This document shows, piece after piece, positions 48,836 through 56,754 of a stretch of DNA of 64,000 nt (within the stretch, counting starts at the first letter, position 1; each line of letters begins with the position of its first letter). The notes under the pieces were generated by a model. That model was not told the DNA's origin. It was given only the letters and a program-made list of their open reading frames with translations, and made no database searches. This stretch comes from a phage: the sequence record PZ402300.1; one strand, written 5' to 3'. The translations under genes were made by a program, and so were the position numbers.

Positions 48836-49880
48836 GAATGTAGCGAGAGATATTAGCAGCAGCCTTACGCCATTCAGAAGTAGCCTGAAGTTCTGGCAAT
48901 GCTCTGCCTACTGTACGGAAGTACAGAATCTTATGGGTGAACGTTTTAAAGCGTTCAATGTACTGAAGAACATCAGCGAAGTTCTCTTCAGTAGTCTTGT
49001 TAGCCAGATGGTTAACAGTAGCCCAGCATAGGTTGTTATCTTCCGGTAGTGCACAGCCTAATGGGTCTTTGACTACCTTTTCAATCGTAATGATACGATT
49101 GTACACCTGAGTAAACTGAACAAATTCTGTAGCCTTACCAGCAGTAACGTGTCCTGCGTAGTAAAGAGAATCTTCATCAGGCAGAGCACCTTCTGGCAGG
49201 TTCTTGAGGTCTTTGTTAACAAAGTCCCATGTACGAGGGCAACAGAACGTTTTATTCTTGTGGGCTGGGTCGAAGTCATGTAAATAACCTGGGTTAGCAT
49301 GTAAGAATGCAACCAGACGTTCATCCCATTGCTGAGGAATCATTACGTCTTCAACAAAGATGTCGAAGTTAAGTTCCATTTCAAAATGAACCACACGAGA
49401 CTGCATTGCAGTACCTAGTGGGTTAACAATGGCACGGTCAGTGGCTTTGTTACCAGCACAGACAATCATCACATTAGGATGAAGTTTTTTCTGACCAGTC
49501 ATGCGGTCCAGAATCAGTTTGTATGCAGCAGCTACCACTTCTTTCTTAGCTGAGTTGAATTCGTCAAGGAACAAAATCCACCCGTTATATCCTTCTGGTA
49601 CTTCATCTCCCTCAATGGGGAATAAGTCAGCGAATGGAATAAACTCTGCACGGTCACCATTACGGAATGGCAGACCAGAAAGGTCTTCTGGGGCAGAAGT
49701 AGACAGACGATGATCTATCAGCTTCATACCAAATTCTTCTGCAATAGAACGAATGATTGCGGATTTACCCATGCCTGGAGATGAAGTCAGGAACGGTACG
49801 TTACCCGCTTTCAGAGCACGGATAATAAAGTTGCGAGCTTGACGTGAATTACATACAGTCAAGGAGTCGATGTTTGCCAT
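48828..49880 (-). CDS. AAA+ ATPase (MoxR-like)
   Basis: Walker A SSPGMGKS; 350 aa. Confidence 0.65.
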   Translation of the reverse strand: MANIDSLTVCNSRQARNFIIRALKAGNVPFLTSSPGMGKSAIIRSIAEEFGMKLIDHRLSTSAPEDLSGLPFRNGDRAEFIPFADLFPIEGDEVPEGYNGWILFLDEFNSAKKEVVAAAYKLILDRMTGQKKLHPNVMIVCAGNKATDRAIVNPLGTAMQSRVVHFEMELNFDIFVEDVMIPQQWDERLVAFLHANPGYLHDFDPAHKNKTFCCPRTWDFVNKDLKNLPEGALPDEDSLYYAGHVTAGKATEFVQFTQVYNRIITIEKVVKDPLGCALPEDNNLCWATVNHLANKTTEENFADVLQYIERFKTFTHKILYFRTVGRALPELQATSEWRKAAANISRYIHG

Positions 49881-49914
49881 TTACTTACTCTCCTAAAGCT
49901 AATGGAATTACTAA

Positions 49915-50241
49915 TTAAGATTTAATACATGGATATGCTGTATCAATTGCTAACAGAACCATGTCTGATGGTACTTTTACTGCATTAACCTTTCGGTCAT
50001 ACAGAATAATAGTGGCTACTTTGTCAAAGACATTTCCTAACTTTAAACTATCTGGTACGCAGTTCTTACCTGCCTCTACGCCCATAGTAACCATGCCCAT
50101 GAAGTAACCCTGGTTCACAAAGTTTGCATTATTGGCTTTGTAGTCAGCAGCAGCGTCTAACAGAGTTTCACGGCTAGATGCTTGAGCATTGAATGACAGA
50201 ACTGATAAAGCTACTACAGCAACAGCAATTAAAGTTTTCAT
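49915..50241 (-). CDS. Small secreted/periplasmic protein with signal peptide
   Basis: MKTLIAVAVVALSVLSFNAQA signal peptide with AQA-SS cleavage site; two Cys. Confidence 0.5.
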   Translation of the reverse strand: MKTLIAVAVVALSVLSFNAQASSRETLLDAAADYKANNANFVNQGYFMGMVTMGVEAGKNCVPDSLKLGNVFDKVATIILYDRKVNAVKVPSDMVLLAIDTAYPCIKS

Positions 50242-50427
50242 TTAGTTACCTTTTAACTCGTTGAGTTGAAGTACTCCGGTAGGGGTTAATGACCACCCAA
50301 GACCAGTATTGAACTGTACTAAGCCCAGCTTCTTAAGAGACTGTGCAGTTTTGTTATTACGGTTGCTGGTGGCAGAACCACCTTGAACCATACGAAGGAA
50401 GATTGCTTGGGACTGAGTTAATTTCAA
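50242..50427 (-). CDS. Hypothetical small protein
   Basis: 61 aa ORF, start-stop overlap. Confidence 0.35.
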   Translation of the reverse strand: MKLTQSQAIFLRMVQGGSATSNRNNKTAQSLKKLGLVQFNTGLGWSLTPTGVLQLNELKGN

Positions 50428-50633
50428 AGGTAATATCCTTCCAGGTTTATTGGTGTTACGAATGTACTTGCTGATAGACAGAAAGACTTACCAGTCTCTA
50501 CTGCAACAGCAGCAGGTTTACCATCAGGTAGGTGAATCTTTAGACATACCGTCTGGTTATAAATAAACCCATTAGCAGGCTCTACATCACCGAAAGTTAC
50601 TTCATTACTTTCAGAACGATTTGTTACTTTCAC
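50424..50633 (-). CDS. Hypothetical small protein
   Basis: 69 aa ORF, 4-nt overlap coupling. Confidence 0.35.
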   Translation of the reverse strand: MKVTNRSESNEVTFGDVEPANGFIYNQTVCLKIHLPDGKPAAVAVETGKSFCLSASTFVTPINLEGYYL

Positions 50634-50890
50634 TCATCTTCTCCTTCATCCGGTAGCGGTGACAAATCTACACCTAAATACTTCAGGCGTTTCTCTAAGT
50701 CATCTACCTTATTTTGATAAAACGACAGTAGATCAGGAAGTATTCTTGTACGAGCTTGTGGTCCTAAATCCGTATCGTAGAAGGATACTTTCACCATATG
50801 TGGAGCTTTCTTCAAACTAGCTAATTGCTGACGGTTGTCGTTGTATTCTTCATACAATTTTTCAACCAAATGTATGTTATGAATATTCAT
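50630..50890 (-). CDS. Hypothetical small protein
   Basis: 86 aa ORF. Confidence 0.4.
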   Translation of the reverse strand: MNIHNIHLVEKLYEEYNDNRQQLASLKKAPHMVKVSFYDTDLGPQARTRILPDLLSFYQNKVDDLEKRLKYLGVDLSPLPDEGEDE

Positions 50891-51108
50891 TTCTTCTCCG
50901 GTACGAACTGCATTACACAGTTTTGATTACGAGGGATATTAAGTTCACATTCATACTTGAGGGTTTGTGTTACAGAGTTTGGAGTATAACCAAAGTAGGT
51001 ATTAGAAATAGCTACAAATCCTGCACCTATCAAACCACCGAGTAAGAATGAGAAGAATGCAATCTCTTTATACATTTCCTGGCTCCAGATGTAGAAAACC
51101 CCAGTCAA
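50887..51108 (-). CDS. Small membrane protein (1 TM)
   Basis: 73 aa; IAFFSFLLGGLIGAGFVAI hydrophobic segment. Confidence 0.4.
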   Translation of the reverse strand: MTGVFYIWSQEMYKEIAFFSFLLGGLIGAGFVAISNTYFGYTPNSVTQTLKYECELNIPRNQNCVMQFVPEKK

Positions 51109-51136
51109 TGCTGGGGTTTACCTATCAGTTCATGCT

Positions 51137-51397
51137 TTATAGACCATGTGGTCGGCATAGACTACCCGAACCAAACGAACGGTGTCCAAGTCGGCCCAGG
51201 ATTAGATTGCTTACTTCAGCAGCAGCACGACTGAACGCTTTAAAATCAAAGACTACGACACCAAAGAGTGGGGCTGCAATAGCAGCTACCATGACTGGCG
51301 TCAGGTCAATCAATGACATACCCAAGATTACATGGGCAGCGTAGGCAATTAAGCCCATTACAGCACCACAACCATATCCAATAGCAATTTTACGCAT
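51137..51397 (-). CDS. Small membrane protein
   Basis: 86 aa; hydrophobic segments. Confidence 0.35.
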   Translation of the reverse strand: MRKIAIGYGCGAVMGLIAYAAHVILGMSLIDLTPVMVAAIAAPLFGVVVFDFKAFSRAAAEVSNLILGRLGHRSFGSGSLCRPHGL

Positions 51398-51453
51398 AGT
51401 TACCTTCTTAGTTAGTAGATTGATACATATTCATATAACAGACAAACAATAGT

Positions 51454-51483
51454 CAAAAAAAGACCTCCCTTCAATAGGGAGGT
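51454..51483 (-). terminator. Rho-independent terminator
   Basis: Minus strand GACCUCCC-UAUUGAA-GGGAGGUC followed by U7. Confidence 0.6.
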
Positions 51484-51534
51484 CAAACTTGAGGGTTTCA
51501 CTTCAGGGTTTATAACCCCAAACAAAGAATACCC

Positions 51535-52368
51535 TTATTCTGCAACAGTAACAGGGATGGTTACATCGACAGTACCGTTGGTAACTACTACAGAAGTAGC
51601 ATCACCAGCAGCTACTGGTTTAACTGTCAGTACGTTACCGGCAATGGTAGCCGTAGCACGTCCAGACTCTGGAGCAGTCTTGATAGACAAAGCACCAGAA
51701 GAAGAACCAACAGGCATAGCAACAATTGTTACGGTCTTACCATCAGTAGTATCGGCAGCAACAGACAGAGCCAGTGAAGCAGGAGTAGCTACCAGAGAGC
51801 TTGCTTCGTAGTAGCCTACAGCCAGCAAAGACTCATCTTCTACCGTGGTTCCATTAGCATCAGTAACAATCACCTTATAAGTACCGGCAGAGGCAGCTGT
51901 TACGTCTTTAAGAGTCAATGTTGCAGCAGCAGCGGATGGGTTAGTACTGGAGCTAATATCAGCGAATGCTGCACCAGCAGTATCAGCTTTGAACTGCCAT
52001 TTATAAGTAAATGGTGCTTTACCACCTGCTACATCAACATGCCAGTTAATATCTTCACCTTCGATAGCAGAGACTACACGAGGCAGTTTGGTAGCAATAG
52101 TCAGTCGTGGAGTAGCTTTCATATCAATAGAGATAGACTGCATATCTACGATATTGTTAGGCCAGAAGCCTTCTTCAGATGGGTCTTTAGCAGAGCGTTT
52201 ATACAGCAGATCACGAACACCATGGAAGATAACTAAGCTATCTGGGTAAGTGGCATCTGGGTGTATAAAAGTACCTACTTCTACGGAACCACCCGGGATA
52301 GAACCACTGGCATCCAGTACAGTTGCGACATTAGTGGTTTTGTTAAAACCTACTTTCAAAGTTGGCAT
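51535..52368 (-). CDS. Ig-like (bacterial Ig-like fold) domain protein forming its own transcription unit
   Basis: Track ORF 51535..52431; start reset to ATG 52368 (GAGGAAA RBS; the track start would overlap a terminator hairpin); β-rich repeats such as KAPFTYKWQFK and GTYKVIVTDANGTTV. Confidence 0.5.
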   Translation of the reverse strand: MPTLKVGFNKTTNVATVLDASGSIPGGSVEVGTFIHPDATYPDSLVIFHGVRDLLYKRSAKDPSEEGFWPNNIVDMQSISIDMKATPRLTIATKLPRVVSAIEGEDINWHVDVAGGKAPFTYKWQFKADTAGAAFADISSSTNPSAAAATLTLKDVTAASAGTYKVIVTDANGTTVEDESLLAVGYYEASSLVATPASLALSVAADTTDGKTVTIVAMPVGSSSGALSIKTAPESGRATATIAGNVLTVKPVAAGDATSVVVTNGTVDVTIPVTVAE

Positions 52369-52413
52369 ATCAATTTCCTCATAAGTAAATGGCAGAGTTA
52401 GTATACATGACAG

Positions 52414-52444
52414 ATAAAAAAATAAACCCACCTAGTGGTGGGTT
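52414..52444 (-). terminator. Rho-independent terminator
   Basis: Minus strand AACCCACC-ACUA-GGUGGGUU followed by U-rich run. Confidence 0.55.
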
Positions 52445-52658
52445 AGCTATTTACACAGTAAATAGCAAAAGCTATCCATCCTGTCATTACAAAGCAACCA
52501 AGTGAGTATGCCCCATAGTAGTAGTAAGCAAACTTAGACTTGTGGGCACGGACTATTGTAGTCAGAACCAGTACAGATAAAGCTATCAGTATTAACTGAA
52601 AGATTACTTCAAAAGTGATTAGCATAGTTGCTACCTCCAAGCAAAAAATATGCCTCAC
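52443..52658 (-). CDS. Small membrane protein (2 TM)
   Basis: 71 aa; hydrophobic segments. Confidence 0.4.
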   Translation of the reverse strand: MRHIFCLEVATMLITFEVIFQLILIALSVLVLTTIVRAHKSKFAYYYYGAYSLGCFVMTGWIAFAIYCVNS

Positions 52659-52676
52659 TCCCGAAGGAATGAGGCT
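52643..52676 (-). terminator. Rho-independent terminator (UUCG loop) after the RNAP II large-subunit gene
   Basis: Minus strand GCCUCAUUCC-UUCG-GGAGUGAGGC followed by AUAUUUUUUGC. Confidence 0.55.
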
Positions 52677-52682
52677 AGTTTA

Positions 52683-52796
52683 TTAACTTAATGCATAATC
52701 TGTTTCAAGGATGTCCTGCCAGAGGCTGTCATCCAGCTTACCAGCAGAGAACTCTTGTCCCAGTACCTGAGTCAGGATGAATCCCAGTAAGTCACT
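52683..52796 (-). CDS. RNAP II large subunit, exon 3 (C-terminal segment ending …WQDILETDYALS); 5' boundary uncertain (alternative exon start 52898)
   Basis: C-terminus aligns with T7 RNAP C-terminal …LRDILESDFAFA; lies in track ORF 52683..52979 whose N-terminal part overlaps the HNH ORF and is presumed intronic. Confidence 0.45.
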   Translation of the reverse strand, partial: SDLLGFILTQVLGQEFSAGKLDDSLWQDILETDYALS

Positions 52797-53839
52797 CTTA
52801 GCAATGTCAGACAGAATCTGATTGTACTGACGACGCAGGTCATTACCGTAGTTAGGATGGCATCTAAAACCATTAGTTAAACGAGTCGTTAGCTCGCCCT
52901 TACCTTCCATGATTAACATGGAAGCCATACGTAGCATCTGCTTCTTTACGAGCAAGCATTGCCTCCTCAAGTGTGTCATACGTACCCAGACCGATCTGTT
53001 TACGATTGACTGTGATGTGTGCCTGGAATCTACCAGAAGGTAATATTCTTACACCATTCACTTTGCTTGATGTATTACGTGATAAACCCATATTCATCTG
53101 GTTCTGTCTACTGGTTACATTTCTCAGATTAGACCAACGGTTGTCGTTTCTAATGTGATTGATGTGATCCACCTGGTTAGGTGTTTCCCCTGTTTCCATT
53201 ATCCAGATTATTCGATGCAGTAAGTACTCTTTACGACCCAGACTAACAGATAAATAGCCTTCTTTGTGAGGATACCCCACAATTGTTCCGGCTAATCCAC
53301 TAGCAGAGTCGTAACGATGAGTTACTAGCCCACTTTCTCTGTCATACCGTAAAACCTTCTTCAAAGATTCTTGGGTAATAGTATCCAAGTCTTTTATCAG
53401 GTTCTTACAGGTAGGACATAGGTGGCCTATTGGACTCTTTTTAGCATCATAGAAGTTGCAAACAAACTCACTAGAGCATTGCTTACAACTACAGATAGCT
53501 GTGTACTTACCAGTTTTACGTAATATTTGGGAGTTATCTAACATATGGATTCCTTAGTAATTTTGCATACAATTTCAGATTGTATCCTAACCAAGGAAGT
53601 AAGTCTCCAGTTTTCACTGGAGTATCGGACTATATCATCACCCACTAATCAGTGGGGCAAGGCGCTTGGGTGGTCACTTGACTCACCTACTCTACTCACA
53701 TACGAAATGTTTTCGATAGTCTCTGAACCTTCCCTCATGGAGGGCTTGGCTGCTGATTGGCATATCCATAGGACTTAGCTTTCCAGCAATTCACCTTGTT
53801 TTCGACACGGATTACTCCGTGAAGGATCATTTATGTTTA
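52797..53839 (-). mobile_element. Group I intron 2 (approximate boundaries) carrying an HNH-AP2 homing endonuclease gene
   Basis: Minus-strand core elements AAUUGCUGGAAAGC (P-like), AAUCAGCAGCC (Q-like), GGUUCAGAGACUAUCG (R-like, 53714-53729) and GAUGAUAUAGUCCGAUAC (S-like, 53622-53639); begins with UAA directly after the exon-2 …VHD codon; P1 not identified, 3' end could be 52899 instead. Confidence 0.55.
52900..53544 (-). CDS. HNH homing endonuclease with C-terminal AP2-type DNA-binding domain (intron 2-encoded)
   Basis: 214 aa; HNH motif VDHINHIRNDNRWSNLRNV; AP2-like region VNGVRILPSGRFQAHITVNRKQIGLGTYDTLEEA. Confidence 0.7.
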   Translation of the reverse strand: MLDNSQILRKTGKYTAICSCKQCSSEFVCNFYDAKKSPIGHLCPTCKNLIKDLDTITQESLKKVLRYDRESGLVTHRYDSASGLAGTIVGYPHKEGYLSVSLGRKEYLLHRIIWIMETGETPNQVDHINHIRNDNRWSNLRNVTSRQNQMNMGLSRNTSSKVNGVRILPSGRFQAHITVNRKQIGLGTYDTLEEAMLARKEADATYGFHVNHGR

Positions 53840-54446
53840 ATCATGTACAGTCATTACAGGGAATGGCTTCTTAGGTAAAGTATTGAGCATAGTCAGGATT
53901 ACATCTGTATCAACCAATGCAATGGTTTCTGAGTCCAGATAATCAAAGATACGGGTAGACAGAAAGCCTGATTTCTCATAGCTAGCCCACAGTGTATTAA
54001 CCGTTTCATGACTAGCACCAGGGACAACTATGTATTCACCAGTTCCTTCACAGAGGGACTTAATATAGTTCACCTGGTTCACGTTGAAGTTACAACGACG
54101 CAGCATCTCACGTACCACCATCCCATCAATAGAGTGAGTGATGTTAGCAGAGAGCATACGGGTCTTCTCTTCAGTACCCTGAACCATACGAGTGATGTCG
54201 AATGGCTTACCTAAGAAGTTAACAGTCTGTACTTCAGGAACCATGACCTTAATGACAGCATGGAAGTTGTCAGGAAGTACCCATACGTAACGGTTAGCAT
54301 CAGGATTACCACATTGCAGTAAGAACTTGTTAAGTGCCCAAGGACCACTAGCAACAGTTTCCATTACATTCTCAAAAGTCTTGAGACGAATACCTTCACC
54401 GAATACTTCTTTAGGCTTGGCTTCTGAGCCGTAGAATGCAGTCATA
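53840..54446 (-). CDS. RNAP II large subunit, exon 2 (motif B second half through motif C region)
   Basis: Track ORF 53837..54445 (MTAFYGSEAK…VMTVHD); TAFYGS aligns to T7 RNAP TLAYGS (Y639); TLWASYEKSG aligns to T7 TVVWAHEKYG. Confidence 0.7.
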
Positions 54447-55253
54447 CATTATGTTCAAGGGAGGTCGTTAGTCTCCCCCAGCAGCTTTACCTGCATCTCA
54501 CTGTTACCAGTGAGTTCGGACTATATCATCTAGACTGATAGTCTAGCCGGGCGCTTCGACCCACTTGGGCCTACTCTACTAAGTTCAGCTTTCGCTGCTT
54601 TTCGATAGTCTCTGCACCTTTTGGTTATTCAAAACAGCATCACACATATCAATAAAGTCATTGGTTGAGAGGTCACCCTTTGCTCGGTTTACACACCAAG
54701 CTAACCATTGAACATTACCAATACTGTATCCTTTACTTGGTTCTATCTGATCTAGTGATAGACACAAAGGATGCCCCGATTCAATTACTAAGGTTGCTCC
54801 AGTTAAAGCACATTTAAATTCCTGTGATTTAAGGATTTCAAATAAATACTCTACTGTACAATCTGGCATAGGCTTACCAAACTTTTTACACCGACTTCTT
54901 GCATCCTTTAGTCTATGGGAGACTGCGGAATACCATTTACGGTGTTCTTTTGGTATTGCTTTACGAACTCCAGTTCCATTGTAACCTGGGTTCTTTTTAC
55001 GCCATTCACGAGCTACAGCAGCCTTACAGGGTCTGCAACGATTCTCGTAATTAGTTTTGAATCCTGTGAGTGATTTTTTAGTCTCTGGGAATACTTCGAT
55101 AGGAAGTAATTTTTTACATCGACTACATGTTTTGAATTCTGACATAGAATGCTCCTTATTGAACTTTCTACGCTACCAACTTGGCTCATGATTGTCCACT
55201 AGGGATGTTCCATGAGTTCACCCGGTTTTAAGGCCGCCATGACTTAAAGGTTA
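54447..55253 (-). mobile_element. Group I intron 1 (807 nt) carrying an HNH/His-Me-finger-like endonuclease ORF
   Basis: 5' exon ends GGCCGU paired with intron GCGGCC (P1, U-G at splice site); intron AGUCAUG pairs with exon-2 start UAUGACU (P10); terminal G at 54447; R-like GGUGCAGAGACUAUCG (54602-54617) and S-like GAUGAUAUAGUCCGAAC (54514-54530). Confidence 0.75.
54585..55145 (-). CDS. Intron 1-encoded putative homing endonuclease (zinc-ribbon N-terminus, degenerate HNH/His-Me finger core)
   Basis: 186 aa; CSRCKK…CRPCK Cys pairs; LSLDQIEPSKGYSIGNVQWLAWCVNRAKGD resembles an HNH-type nuclease core. Confidence 0.5.
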   Translation of the reverse strand: MSEFKTCSRCKKLLPIEVFPETKKSLTGFKTNYENRCRPCKAAVAREWRKKNPGYNGTGVRKAIPKEHRKWYSAVSHRLKDARSRCKKFGKPMPDCTVEYLFEILKSQEFKCALTGATLVIESGHPLCLSLDQIEPSKGYSIGNVQWLAWCVNRAKGDLSTNDFIDMCDAVLNNQKVQRLSKSSES

Positions 55254-55675
55254 ACGGCCTGCTTAGTGTCACTACGCTTAATACGTGATGCTTCACCAAG
55301 GATGTCCAGCATCTTGTGATAGATAACTGTATAGGCATCACGGCGTAATGGCTTACCATTCTCATCCATGTAGTTAACTACGTTACACAGTTCAGCAGCA
55401 GAGCGGTCACCAGTCAGACAGGCCAGTAACTGTAAGCCTGATGATGTAGCATCCAGAGCTACAGCATAACCAATAGGCTTACCTGCTTTCATATCTTTCC
55501 ATGCATTTACACCTGCAAAGAACAGAGCAGAATCCTCTGCTTCATCTACCAGATTAAGCAGGTTAGCTTCATTCTCATCGAACCAGGCAATACGTTCATC
55601 CCATGTCTTTTTATCTAAGCCATAGTTATTAGCGATATCTACTTTCAGGTATTCACGAGCGGTTAACAGTTGCAT
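55254..55675 (-). CDS. RNAP II large subunit, exon 1 (motif A through first half of motif B)
   Basis: Track ORF 55244..55675; ALDATSSGLQLLACLTGDRSAA aligns to T7 RNAP [22 protein letters not shown] (D537); ends RSDTKQAV. Confidence 0.7.
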
Positions 55676-55882
55676 TTTATGTTCCTTTTGCTTCTTGGCT
55701 CCCCACTATGGAGAGCCTGCTTATTGGATGATTAGGCAGTTACTACGTCAGCAGATAGTTTATAAATAATGGTTTTACTCTCAGGGTTTTGAAGCTTGTA
55801 AAGTTTCGCAAAGTATAAGCACTTCACATATGTACCCGAGTAGACACACTCCTCATTAACCCATAGCTCATAGGAGCCAATG

Positions 55883-56701
55883 TTAGTCTTCATTTACTAA
55901 CTCCTTATCAGCGAACTCCAGTACAGCTTTGTTGTAACTGGTTCCCTGATAGTTGATGTGGTAGCCACAGGCATAGGTACGCCCACGTTTGTCGTATTTG
56001 TGAGCTAAGGAGAAGTTATTACCTTCTTTGGTCACTAGCTCCATTACTTCCTTAGCTGTACGGCTGTACTTCTCAAAGGCTTTAACACGTTTTTCATAGT
56101 CCTGACGGGTTTCACCTTCTTTAGGTTTATCCATGTTAGGACGAGAGTCTTTTACATAATTAGCAACGTCCCAGTTAATGCAGAGACGTTGGTTATTCAT
56201 GCGGTTGATGTGGTCAAGACAGACATCCATCTCATGATGGTTCTTCTTGAGGATGATGCTACCTCTGCTTTCGTAGTAACCAGTATCACGATTACACTTA
56301 ACAGGCTTAGGAGCACTTACGATAGGCAATGGATACTGGAATGCTTCCAGTTCCATCTGTACATCTTCACTAATCTCATAGATAACACCTAACTTGTCGA
56401 TGGTAGGGTCATAGTTGAAGCAGTCATTCTCTGCCATCTTATACAGACAGTCAGCAATGTACTGAGCATCATCTGAATGACTCATGAGAGAGCCAATCAT
56501 AGTCTGGATGTCAGCACGCTTATGTAGAGCAATCTGCACCATTGCATCAATGAGCAGCTTATAATCAATTTCCAAATAGGCAGCAAAAGCCTTAAAGTCA
56601 ATTTCTTCGGAGTCCTCGAATTCCTTCCTCATGCGAGGGAGTAATTGATTCTTGTTGAAAAGGATTTCAAGTCGCTTCTGATGTTCAATAGATGAGTACA
56701 T
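55883..56701 (-). CDS. RNAP II small subunit (N4 gp15-like; N-terminal portion of a split T7-like RNA polymerase)
   Basis: 272 aa; C-terminal KYDKRGRTYACGYHINYQGTSYNKAVLEF aligns to T7 RNAP DWRGRVYAVSMFNPQGNDMTKGLLTL. Confidence 0.65.
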   Translation of the reverse strand: MYSSIEHQKRLEILFNKNQLLPRMRKEFEDSEEIDFKAFAAYLEIDYKLLIDAMVQIALHKRADIQTMIGSLMSHSDDAQYIADCLYKMAENDCFNYDPTIDKLGVIYEISEDVQMELEAFQYPLPIVSAPKPVKCNRDTGYYESRGSIILKKNHHEMDVCLDHINRMNNQRLCINWDVANYVKDSRPNMDKPKEGETRQDYEKRVKAFEKYSRTAKEVMELVTKEGNNFSLAHKYDKRGRTYACGYHINYQGTSYNKAVLEFADKELVNED

Positions 56702-56754
56702 CGCTTATTCTCCTAAATGTGATTAATAACCGAAAGCTGCGGAGCAGCTATTAC

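Noticed and set aside
52797-52979. N-terminal half of track ORF 52683..52979 as coding sequence
   Set aside because: It overlaps the HNH endonuclease gene 3' end by ~80 nt and has no similarity to the polymerase; only the C-terminal part aligns with the T7-like RNAP C-terminus, so the upstream part is interpreted as intron sequence. The exact boundary is unresolved.
53545-53778. Plus-strand ORF of 77 aa
   Set aside because: Lies antisense to the conserved group I intron core (R/S elements); explained by intron RNA structure, not coding.
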